Origin: Candidatus Lloydbacteria bacterium RIFCSPHIGHO2_02_FULL_50_18
GTDB taxonomy: Bacteria; Patescibacteriota; Minisyncoccia; Phycocordibacterales; UBA6899
Assembly (NCBI GenBank): GCA_001821395.1
Contig: MHLM01000006.1
Location: 9,733-73,732, forward strand
Length of the DNA stretch: 64,000 bases
Reading direction: 5' to 3'
A program made the position numbers and the translations under genes. The notes below the pieces were generated by a model. The model was not told the origin of the DNA. It searched no databases and worked only from the letters and a program-made list of their open reading frames with translations. Shown in pieces: positions 9,834 to 17,281 of this stretch. The stretch's first letter is position 1; each line of letters opens with the position of its first letter.

Positions 9834-10192
9834 AGTGTGTTGAGGAGTTTTATAACGTGAGCAAGGTAAACATCGACGTTACGTTTACTACTTTCCCAGC
9901 TCGGGTGCGGCCTACTAAGATGCATCCACTCAGGGCCAAAATCACTGTCGTGAATTCGATCACGATGCTCCTGTGATGAGGTGTTGGTGGGCAACGTACG
10001 CGGATGAATATGTGGGCCGTGGGGAGCAGTCAGCTCAAAGTCTCCTGGGACATCTACCCCAACGCGAACTGTCTTGCCTGCAAGAGTTCCTTCGTTGACA
10101 GACAGCGCAAATGCCAGCCGATTGCCTTCAAGGTTTTCAACCTCAAAACCAAGATTCTTGAGACCTTGAATAAATTTTTCTTTGCCGCTCAT
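9830..10192 (-). CDS. UBC/UEV-like protein lacking any cysteine (putative non-catalytic E2 variant; identity uncertain)
   Basis: 120 aa. Segment VRVGVDVPGDFELTAPHGPHIHP resembles the UBC beta-meander plus HPN-motif region. No Cys anywhere in the protein. Starts 6 nt after the Ubl stop. Confidence 0.45.
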   Translation of the reverse strand: MSGKEKFIQGLKNLGFEVENLEGNRLAFALSVNEGTLAGKTVRVGVDVPGDFELTAPHGPHIHPRTLPTNTSSQEHRDRIHDSDFGPEWMHLSRPHPSWESSKRNVDVYLAHVIKLLNTL

Positions 10193-10197
10193 GTTGT

Positions 10198-10452
10198 TTA
10201 CCCCACAGGCGTTTGTCCAGTAAACACCGTGACGAACTTCATGTGATTATGCATCTTGATCACCTCGTCCAAATCTTTATGCGGTTCCTGCTGATGACCC
10301 TTAACCTCAACCAAATAGTACTGCTGCGAATCGACATTCGCCATTGATAATATCTCTCGAACAGACAACTCCTTCTTTTCAGTAGTGAGTGTTTCACCGT
10401 CGACCGTAAAATCGATACCGTGACCTTTTTCCTCCTTCTCGTGGTTTTCCAT
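10198..10452 (-). CDS. ThiS/MoaD-like ubiquitin-like beta-grasp protein ending in ...TPVG-COOH
   Basis: 84 aa. Beta-grasp pattern IDFTVDGETLTTEKKELSVREIL ... KFVTVFTGQTPVG followed by stop TAA. No C-terminal extension after the terminal Gly. Confidence 0.6.
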   Translation of the reverse strand: MENHEKEEKGHGIDFTVDGETLTTEKKELSVREILSMANVDSQQYYLVEVKGHQQEPHKDLDEVIKMHNHMKFVTVFTGQTPVG

Positions 10453-10501
10453 ACAGTTTTTTTATATAATTAATGAATTAACACATGAACCAATATTCCT
10501 C

Positions 10502-10530
10502 TTGACTCTGGACGAGAGTCGCGGTAACCT
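10502..10530 (+). promoter_or_regulatory. Putative promoter of the HTH gene (TTGACT-17-TAACCT) with embedded operator palindrome GACTCTGGACGAGAGTC
   Basis: Read directly. -35 at 10502-10507, -10 at 10525-10530. Palindrome 10504-10520. A second near-palindrome TGTTTCACTAGTCAAACA at 10562-10579. Confidence 0.35.
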
Positions 10531-10591
10531 GTTTCATATGTAAGACAGTGTACACCTGAGGTGTTTCACTAGTCAAACACTTTTTTCATTT

Positions 10592-10942
10592 ATGAAACAC
10601 AATAAAAACAGCGTCAATTTTGCTATTGAGCAATTGGGTCAGAAGGTCGCGCTTAAAAGATCGGGAAGCGGGATGAGAGATACCTCCGCAGAGATTGGCA
10701 TCAGCCCTGCTACCCTCTCGCGAATCGAGAGGGGGTACATGCCCGATATCGGCACATTCCAAAAAGTATGCACTTGGCTCAACATTGATCCGGGTGAAAT
10801 TCTTGGTGCAAAAACTCACGTCAGTGAGGTGCAGATGGCAACTGTGCATTTTCGTAAGAAGCAAACGGTTGCTCCGGAAACCGCGCAAGCTTTAGCACAA
10901 CTCATTATTGCAGTACAAAATAATGTTCTCGCATCAGAGTAA
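10592..10942 (+). CDS. XRE-family HTH regulator (CapH-like), divergent from the Ubl operon
   Basis: 116 aa. HTH ..DTSAEIGISPATLSRIERGYMPD.. Confidence 0.8.
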   Translation: MKHNKNSVNFAIEQLGQKVALKRSGSGMRDTSAEIGISPATLSRIERGYMPDIGTFQKVCTWLNIDPGEILGAKTHVSEVQMATVHFRKKQTVAPETAQALAQLIIAVQNNVLASE

Positions 10943-10960
10943 AAAACTGATTATGTTGTC

Positions 10961-11539
10961 ATGTTTAAAAAAGGATTTAAAACCTGGTGTGAAAGAGCTT
11001 CAATTAGTACTCGCAGACAACTGGGTCTGCAATCTTTCGATCCGATAGACTTATACAAGGTCGCGGCAATCGTCGAGGCTGATATTAAGTATCCAAAAGA
11101 TGTTCCTGGGCTTGATAAAAAGTTTTTAAAAATTTTAACGGAGGAGGACCCAGATAGCTGGTCTGCAATAACCATAAAAATAAAACAGAAAATCGTTATT
11201 ATTCTAAACTCTGCCCACACCAAAGCGCGTCAGATGAGTAGTCTTGGTCATGAGTTATCTCATTTGATTATCGGACACCCTGCGTCCAAAACTGGTATTT
11301 CAGCAGATGGGCTTTTGATAACTGGGTTCGATCGACTTCAAGAGGATGAGGCGGGATGGCTTTCGGGGTGTCTTCTTTTGCCCCATGATGCGTGTCAGTA
11401 TATTAAAAAGACAAAGATGGACCAAAGCAGTGCTCAACGACATTACGGAATAAGCGCTGATATGTATACATATCGCATGAACGCCTCTGGGGTAAATCGC
11501 TTGTGGACCCCTAAAGTAAGTAGCATTAAAGCGAAGTAA
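10961..11539 (+). CDS. ImmA/IrrE-family zinc metallopeptidase (CapP-like)
   Basis: 192 aa. VIILNSAHTKARQMSSLGHELSHLIIGH (HExxH in ImmA context). Follows the HTH gene with 18-nt spacing. Confidence 0.8.
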   Translation: MFKKGFKTWCERASISTRRQLGLQSFDPIDLYKVAAIVEADIKYPKDVPGLDKKFLKILTEEDPDSWSAITIKIKQKIVIILNSAHTKARQMSSLGHELSHLIIGHPASKTGISADGLLITGFDRLQEDEAGWLSGCLLLPHDACQYIKKTKMDQSSAQRHYGISADMYTYRMNASGVNRLWTPKVSSIKAK

Positions 11540-11613
11540 CGACCTATCAGGTCTAGAACCTTTAATGCCAAAAAGCGACCCTTCTGGGTCGCCTCTTGGG
11601 TCTCTGCGTCGGG

Positions 11614-11686
11614 GGTGCCTATAGGGAATCGAACCCTAGCTAAAGGCTCCACAAGCCTCTGTGCTAACCGCTACACCATAGGCACC
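11614..11686 (-). tRNA. tRNA-His (anticodon GUG) with encoded G-1 and C73
   Basis: Manual fold of the reverse complement GGTGCCTATGGTGTAGCGGTTAGCACAGAGGCTTGTGGAGCCTTTAGCTAGGGTTCGATTCCCTATAGGCACC. Acceptor GTGCCTA/TAGGCAC. G-1 pairs with C73. Anticodon loop TTGTGGA. T-loop TTCGATT. Confidence 0.85.
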
Positions 11687-11878
11687 ATGCATAAACCAAA
11701 CTCACACAACGACCACACTACTTTTTCACGTCATGATGTGGACCATGAACGAAAACGCACCTTGCGGTGCTGACTAGGATAATAACAGACTTTCAAAAAA
11801 AATCAACGTCACGCCAGTCTTCGGTTCTCCCCGTTAAAAACAGAAGAAAGGCCCCATGGCAGGAGGCCTTCTGATAAC

Positions 11879-12346
11879 TCACACGACGTGTTCGATGATG
11901 ACCCTTCGATGAAGCGTGACGCGGTCTCCCGCCGAGAGCGAAAGTCCGTAGTGATTGAGGGCAAAATAATCACTGCTCTCTTTTGCATCAGCACCATACA
12001 CCCGCACTGCGATCTTTTTTTGAGAGCACGCAACCAACACCACACCATGAAGCACTCGGCAGTCCCCTTCGTGCCCGTGATGATGACGCCAGAACAAGGT
12101 TATGGTCTCTTTTGTCCACGGAGATTTCCCTTGTTGACCGGCAAACGCAAAAAGACCGCGCGTCGCATCTGCAAAACATTCCATGAGCAGGGCCTGTTCG
12201 GGATCGCCATTCTCTTCGATGAGTTTTTGGAGTGTTGCGACATGCTCCTCCTTTATCAGCCCCCGAGAAAAACGGTCGTCCGTACAAACATATGCATAGC
12301 GCAGAAAAAGCTGCTCTCCCGTCAGTAAGGTCATAATGTTCTCCAA
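11879..12346 (-). CDS. Hypothetical protein (weak resemblance to the YfcE-type metallophosphoesterase C-terminal half)
   Basis: 155 aa. WRHHHGHEGDCRVLHGVVLVACS loosely resembles the GHTH..NPGS region. Low confidence. Confidence 0.3.
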   Translation of the reverse strand: MENIMTLLTGEQLFLRYAYVCTDDRFSRGLIKEEHVATLQKLIEENGDPEQALLMECFADATRGLFAFAGQQGKSPWTKETITLFWRHHHGHEGDCRVLHGVVLVACSQKKIAVRVYGADAKESSDYFALNHYGLSLSAGDRVTLHRRVIIEHVV

Positions 12347-12390
12347 AGTGCTACCTGTGCGGAGTATAGCAAAAGAATATTGGAACGCAA

Positions 12391-12909
12391 TTAAAACTTA
12401 CGGCTATCGTAAGCCCAATGCAAAAGTGCTTGACGCTGGCGGGGACGACAGAAAATATCTCCGGCACGACAGTTATTGCGTACCTGCGCGATGTGCCGCG
12501 TCATCGCCTTCCAGCGCTTGATCTGTCGGGTGTCTTCTATTGGAATACGCCGACCAATATAATACCGACAATACCACTGAAACCAACCGCGCGGATCGTC
12601 GTCGTAGATCCAGCCTTTTGCTTTCCATACGGCAAGTGATTGAGAGGCGTGCACACCAAAATAATTCAATGACTTATCCGCCTTTCCTTTTGCGAGTCTT
12701 GCGCCCTTCCACCACGATGCAGGAAATTCATCAGTGCAGTCACGCATATACTTTCCACCAAAGACACCGAGTGCGAGCATCTCGCGAGGTGTGAGGTCGG
12801 GCTTAAAGAGAGGATCAAAATCCTTTCCCACGAGCGCCGTACACGTGTAGTGATAGTTATGCTGCATAGTGTCATGGACAACTATCATTCTTGTTTCTCC
12901 ACTCTTCAT
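12391..12909 (-). CDS. Conserved hypothetical protein (Trp-rich; no family recognised)
   Basis: 172-aa ORF with protein-like composition (..WKAKGWIYDDDPRGWFQWYCRYYIGRR..). Confidence 0.45.
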   Translation of the reverse strand: MKSGETRMIVVHDTMQHNYHYTCTALVGKDFDPLFKPDLTPREMLALGVFGGKYMRDCTDEFPASWWKGARLAKGKADKSLNYFGVHASQSLAVWKAKGWIYDDDPRGWFQWYCRYYIGRRIPIEDTRQIKRWKAMTRHIAQVRNNCRAGDIFCRPRQRQALLHWAYDSRKF

Positions 12910-12919
12910 AATTGTATGA

Positions 12920-13483
12920 TCAATAGCGAGGTTGTTCTTCCTTCACATCCCCGCGATGATTTGCCAATCGCGCGAGTGCGTAGAGCAGAGATGAAAGTCG
13001 ATTCATGTATTGAAACATCGGAGGGTGAAGCGCGGGGTCGGCGATATTAAGTGCGCACACAACACGACGTTCAGCGCGCCGTGCGACCGTCCGTGCGAAA
13101 TCACATAATGCCGCAAGCTTCGTTCCTCCGGAAACAAAGAACGAAGTGATGGGTGACAGCTCGCCCTCGATCAGCCCGATCCATTCCTCCAGTTTTTTGA
13201 CACGTGTAATATCCATCTTTTTGTCTGCTCCGGCAAGTTCTGCTTGAATAACAAAGAGGTCTTGCTGAACGAGCGATAAGAGCTGCTGATAATTAAGACC
13301 GTCTGTCGCAATGGTATTTCCTCCCGCTAATTTTACAATACCCAACAGTGAGTTAATCTCATCAACCGTTCCGAGTGCTTCGGCAATATCCGAACTTTTT
13401 GCGATGCGTTGATCGCAACCAAACAGCTGCGTCGTACCGTTATCACCTTTTCCCGTGAATAGCATGTTCATAGTATAAGACAA
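12920..13483 (-). CDS. PduO-type ATP:cob(I)alamin adenosyltransferase family protein
   Basis: N-terminal signature LFTGKGDNGTTQLFG (compare YTKTGDKGTTSL of PduO/MMAB-type adenosyltransferases). 187 aa. Confidence 0.7.
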   Translation of the reverse strand: MSYTMNMLFTGKGDNGTTQLFGCDQRIAKSSDIAEALGTVDEINSLLGIVKLAGGNTIATDGLNYQQLLSLVQQDLFVIQAELAGADKKMDITRVKKLEEWIGLIEGELSPITSFFVSGGTKLAALCDFARTVARRAERRVVCALNIADPALHPPMFQYMNRLSSLLYALARLANHRGDVKEEQPRY

Positions 13484-13552
13484 CGTTAACCTTTTGACGA
13501 AAGCAGCCCCACGAGATAGAGTGGCGGAAGATCATCAGGAAAGGAGTTCGTC

Positions 13553-14179
13553 ATGGCGCTTCCTTCTCAAGCCAAAGCAGCTTGCTACCAAAAAACGCTT
13601 CCGATCGGTGCCTTTCTTTTTCTTTTTCAAATAGCGATCCTTATCTGGATCGTGTTCAGCCGTACTCTTGGTGCGGACACGTTTCATGCACTGCTTGACG
13701 TCCTTACGCTTGCAGGCACGACATATTTATTCCAACGAAACTGGAAGACGGAAGAAGAGTTCGAACGATACGAACATCGATGGCTCCTAATCGGTGTCAT
13801 CTCGCTCGGATTGGGGGGTATCATGGTTGGACTCGAATCTGCCTCCTGCCTGCTCAGAGGAACGGCCTCAACACCTCCTCCCGCGTGGCCGCTCCTTATT
13901 GCGGCACTCGTGGGTGCACTCGGAAATTGGCGCATGCACCACCTCCTCGAATCGGTCGAGGACGCCGAGCACGACCACCTGCACAAGAACAACCTCGATC
14001 ACGTATTCTGGGATATGATTCTATCATTCGCGGTCTTTTGCTCCGGCTGTTCGATGCTGCTCTTTGCAACGAGTGCGGTCGACGGTTGGATCGCCACGGT
14101 CGTTGGCTTCATCGTTCTCCCCTATCTTGCACTGAAGCGATGGAAAGAGGGGACTCATGAACACGCGCATCATCACTAG
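13553..14179 (+). CDS. Membrane protein, cation-diffusion-facilitator-like TM domain with His-rich C-terminus
   Basis: 208 aa, about 5-6 TM. HALLDVL (HxxxD) in a TM segment. C-terminus EGTHEHAHHH. Overlapping His/Arg-rich ORFs on other frames treated as spurious. Confidence 0.45.
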   Translation: MALPSQAKAACYQKTLPIGAFLFLFQIAILIWIVFSRTLGADTFHALLDVLTLAGTTYLFQRNWKTEEEFERYEHRWLLIGVISLGLGGIMVGLESASCLLRGTASTPPPAWPLLIAALVGALGNWRMHHLLESVEDAEHDHLHKNNLDHVFWDMILSFAVFCSGCSMLLFATSAVDGWIATVVGFIVLPYLALKRWKEGTHEHAHHH

Positions 14180-14267
14180 AACGATACTCCCGCAGTTATG
14201 CTGCGGGAGCTTTTTATACAAAAAACCCGCCCATATCATAGGCGGGTTGTAGAACCCAAACAAGAAA

Positions 14268-15827
14268 TTATTCGTCGTCATCCATTTTCGGTGCCAGACA
14301 CTTTCGTGTCTCAACAACCTTTCCATCTTCTGCGACGCTTTCGATCTGCACACCGAAGCCCCAAAGGCGAGCGACATGTCGCAACACCTCATCCGTATCG
14401 TCATTCAACGGACGATTATTGGAACGTGTGTGACGCAGCGTCAGCGACCGATCCCCTCGCACATCAACATTCCATACTTGAATGTTCGGCTCCCGGTTTC
14501 CCAGGTTGTATTGATTCGAGAGCACCTCACGAACACGTCGATAGCCGGCATCATCATGGATCGCCGTCACCACGTATTCTTCCTCATTCTCATCATCAAG
14601 GAGCGCGAAGAGATGAAAATCGCGGATGAGTTTCGGACTTAAGAACTGACCGATGAAACTCTCATCTTTGTAGTTGTGCATTGCATCGTGCAATACTGGC
14701 AACCAGTCCTTTCCCGCAATGTCCGGGAACCACTGCCGATCTTCATCGGTCGGCTCCTCACAGATACGCTTGATATCGGTATACATTGCGAAACCGAGCG
14801 CATAGGGATTGAACCCGTTGTAATACCTACTTGAGACCGGCGGCTGGTAGACCACATTGGTATGCGACTTCAGGAACTCGATCATGAGTCCGTCGGACAG
14901 ATACCCGTCATCGAACATCGTGTTCAATATCTTGTGATGCCAAAATGTTGCCCACCCCTCGTTCATCACCTGCGTTTGGCGCTGCGGGTAAAAGTATTGC
15001 GCGATCTTTCGCACGATGCGCACGATCTCTCTTTCCCACGTCTGCAGATGCGGAGCCCGCTTTTCAATGAAGTAGAGCAGGTTTTCCTCAGGCTCTTCCG
15101 GAAAACGTTTTTTCAAAGATTCCTTTGACGCGCTACCCGGTTTCGTTGGAACCGTGCTCCAGAGCTCATTGACCTGCTGCTGCGCATATTCCGCATGCTC
15201 CGCTCTGCGTACCAACTCCTGTGCCAAACTCAATTTTTCCGGATGACGATAGCGGTCTACCCCGTAGTTCATGAGTGCATGGCAGGAATCGAGCACTTCT
15301 TCAACGCGTTCATACCCGTGTCTTTCCTCGCATGCTGCGATGTAATTCTTCGCGTACACGAGGTAGTCAAGGATGCTTCCCGCGTCAGTCCACATGCGGA
15401 ACAAATAGTTGCCCTTAAAGAAACTGTTATGCCCATATGCTGCGTGTGCAATCACCAGCGCCTGCATCCCCATGGTATTTTCTTCCATGAGATAACTGAT
15501 GCATGGACTCGAGTTGATCACGATCTCATAGGCGAGCCCCATTTCCCCGCGATGATAGCGTTGCTCATTGGAGATGAACTCCTTCCCAAAGCTCCAATGC
15601 CGGTAATTGATCGGCATCCCGACAGACGCATATGCGTCCATCATCTGCTCGGCAGTGATGATCTCAAGCTGATTCGGATACGTATCAAGACCGAAGCGCT
15701 CTGCCGTGTCTCTGATCACCCGATGATATTGTTCGATCAGCGGAAATGACCATTCACCCGGCGACGGAAGTCGCTCGTGGGGTCGCTCTCCCGCAGGTAG
15801 CGGGATGCGTGGTATGACCTTGCTCAT
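14268..15827 (-). CDS. spoVR: SpoVR-family protein
   Basis: 519 aa. Third gene of the conserved prkA-yeaH-spoVR arrangement. 4-nt overlap with the upstream gene. Confidence 0.8.
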   Translation of the reverse strand: MSKVIPRIPLPAGERPHERLPSPGEWSFPLIEQYHRVIRDTAERFGLDTYPNQLEIITAEQMMDAYASVGMPINYRHWSFGKEFISNEQRYHRGEMGLAYEIVINSSPCISYLMEENTMGMQALVIAHAAYGHNSFFKGNYLFRMWTDAGSILDYLVYAKNYIAACEERHGYERVEEVLDSCHALMNYGVDRYRHPEKLSLAQELVRRAEHAEYAQQQVNELWSTVPTKPGSASKESLKKRFPEEPEENLLYFIEKRAPHLQTWEREIVRIVRKIAQYFYPQRQTQVMNEGWATFWHHKILNTMFDDGYLSDGLMIEFLKSHTNVVYQPPVSSRYYNGFNPYALGFAMYTDIKRICEEPTDEDRQWFPDIAGKDWLPVLHDAMHNYKDESFIGQFLSPKLIRDFHLFALLDDENEEEYVVTAIHDDAGYRRVREVLSNQYNLGNREPNIQVWNVDVRGDRSLTLRHTRSNNRPLNDDTDEVLRHVARLWGFGVQIESVAEDGKVVETRKCLAPKMDDDE

Positions 15828-17206
15828 GCTTTTCGCTCCTTTTGAAATAATCCACGGAATACGGGATAGATCTCACTCACTGCTTTCACCTTGCGGATAG
15901 CAAAGGACTTGTTTCTCTCGGCCAACTTTGCATATTCGCGCCAGAGGTTTTGCTCCTCTTCGACGACTTGAATATAGGCAAAGTAGCGGCACAAAGGCAA
16001 CAATCTTGCCTCAAGCAGGTCGGAACAGGTCCCACTATCGTTCCCCCAATTATCACCGTCGCTTGCCTGCGCGCCGTAGATATTCCATTCACCTGACGGA
16101 TAGCGTTCACGAATGATCTGCTCCATAAGCAAGAGCGCACTCGAAACGATGGTACCGCCGGTCTCCCTGGAGTGGAAGAATTCTTCTTCCGTCACTTCCT
16201 GTGCTTCAGTGTGATGCCGGATGAACACGATGTCGATCTTTTCATAATGCCGCGTCAAAAAGAGATACAGCAGAATAAAGAAGCGTTTAGACAAGTCTTT
16301 ACGCAGCTCATCCATCGAACCCGAAATATCCATGAGGCAGAACATGACCGCCTTTGAATACGGCATCGGCACACGCATACGAGCGCGATACTTCAGATCG
16401 ATCGGATCAAGATAGGGAATGACCCGCATCTTCGATACGATCGCTGCAATGCGATTTGCGATGCTCTCGTGAGATTCAACCTCTGGATCGTGTCCGATCT
16501 TTGTCTCAAGCACACCGATCTCTTCAGTGAGCTTTTGATGCGCTTCGTCGTAACCGGCCGGACACATATGACAGACCGACTCAAGCTGATCAAGCTCCTC
16601 AAGCAACTCCAGCAACTTTTTGCGGTCGTTCTTGTGGAATGCGATCCCGCGCCCGATCGAATTACGCATCGAATGCACAATGGACAGATTATTCGGTGTC
16701 CCATCGTTCGTAAATCCCGATCGCACGCTCTTATATTCGGGCGTATCAGCAAGTGTCGTTTTGATCAGATTCGGCAACGCGAGGTCGTCGAAAAAGATAT
16801 TCATGAACTCTTCCTTGGTCAGATGGAAAACAAAATCGTCTTCCCCCTCACCCGAATCGCTCGCACTGCCTCCACTTCCCTGTCCGCCCCGTGGCCGCTC
16901 GATACGGTCACCGGTAACGTATTCTTCGTTACCCGGATGAACACCTTCGCGCGAACCACCCGGCCCATGACCGAATACCGGCTCACGGAGGTCACGCTTC
17001 GGAATGCGCACGTCCTCGCCGCCATCTCCCACATCTCGGATCCCGCGACCTTCGATCGCGCGCTTTACCGCCTCACGCACCTGCTCGCTCTGGCGACGCA
17101 GAAAACGTTGGCGATTACCAATAGACTTACCTTTGCCCGCCAAACGACGGTCGATCGGCGGGGGTAGTGTCCCGGAATCAACTCGCGTTATTTCATGATC
17201 ACTCAT
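15824..17206 (-). CDS. YeaH/YhbH-family protein (DUF444, vWA-like)
   Basis: 460 aa. Gly/Ser-rich acidic N-region then a conserved C-domain. GGAG RBS 9 nt upstream. Sits between prkA and spoVR. Confidence 0.8.
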   Translation of the reverse strand: MSDHEITRVDSGTLPPPIDRRLAGKGKSIGNRQRFLRRQSEQVREAVKRAIEGRGIRDVGDGGEDVRIPKRDLREPVFGHGPGGSREGVHPGNEEYVTGDRIERPRGGQGSGGSASDSGEGEDDFVFHLTKEEFMNIFFDDLALPNLIKTTLADTPEYKSVRSGFTNDGTPNNLSIVHSMRNSIGRGIAFHKNDRKKLLELLEELDQLESVCHMCPAGYDEAHQKLTEEIGVLETKIGHDPEVESHESIANRIAAIVSKMRVIPYLDPIDLKYRARMRVPMPYSKAVMFCLMDISGSMDELRKDLSKRFFILLYLFLTRHYEKIDIVFIRHHTEAQEVTEEEFFHSRETGGTIVSSALLLMEQIIRERYPSGEWNIYGAQASDGDNWGNDSGTCSDLLEARLLPLCRYFAYIQVVEEEQNLWREYAKLAERNKSFAIRKVKAVSEIYPVFRGLFQKERKA

Positions 17207-17281
17207 TTGCGTCTCCTAAAGAAAACAGGGTGCGTCTGGCGCACCCTGTAAGGTTTAAATCACAATTGTCGCACGGTTCTC

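Noticed and set aside
8442-10452. Sulfur-carrier (ThiS/MoaD-ThiF, CysO-MoeZ-Mec+) interpretation
   Set aside because: No rhodanese domain on the E1. No thiamine, molybdopterin or cysteine biosynthesis genes adjacent. The Ubl has no C-terminal extension for JAB maturation. The locus is under CapH/CapP-like control next to an integrase and R-M genes, which fits defence rather than biosynthesis.
8075-11539. CBASS type II (Cap2/Cap3) interpretation of the JAB + E1 locus
   Set aside because: No CD-NTase/cyclase or effector with a nucleotide-sensing domain anywhere in the operon. A separate Ubl gene is present. The domain order is JAB-E1, not E1-E2.
13684-14404. Overlapping ORFs 13684..13992 (-), 13780..14160 (+), 13794..14018 (+) and 14024..14404 (-)
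   Set aside because: They are embedded in or antisense to the membrane-protein gene 13553..14179 and the spoVR 3' end. Arg/His/Ser-rich low-complexity translations.
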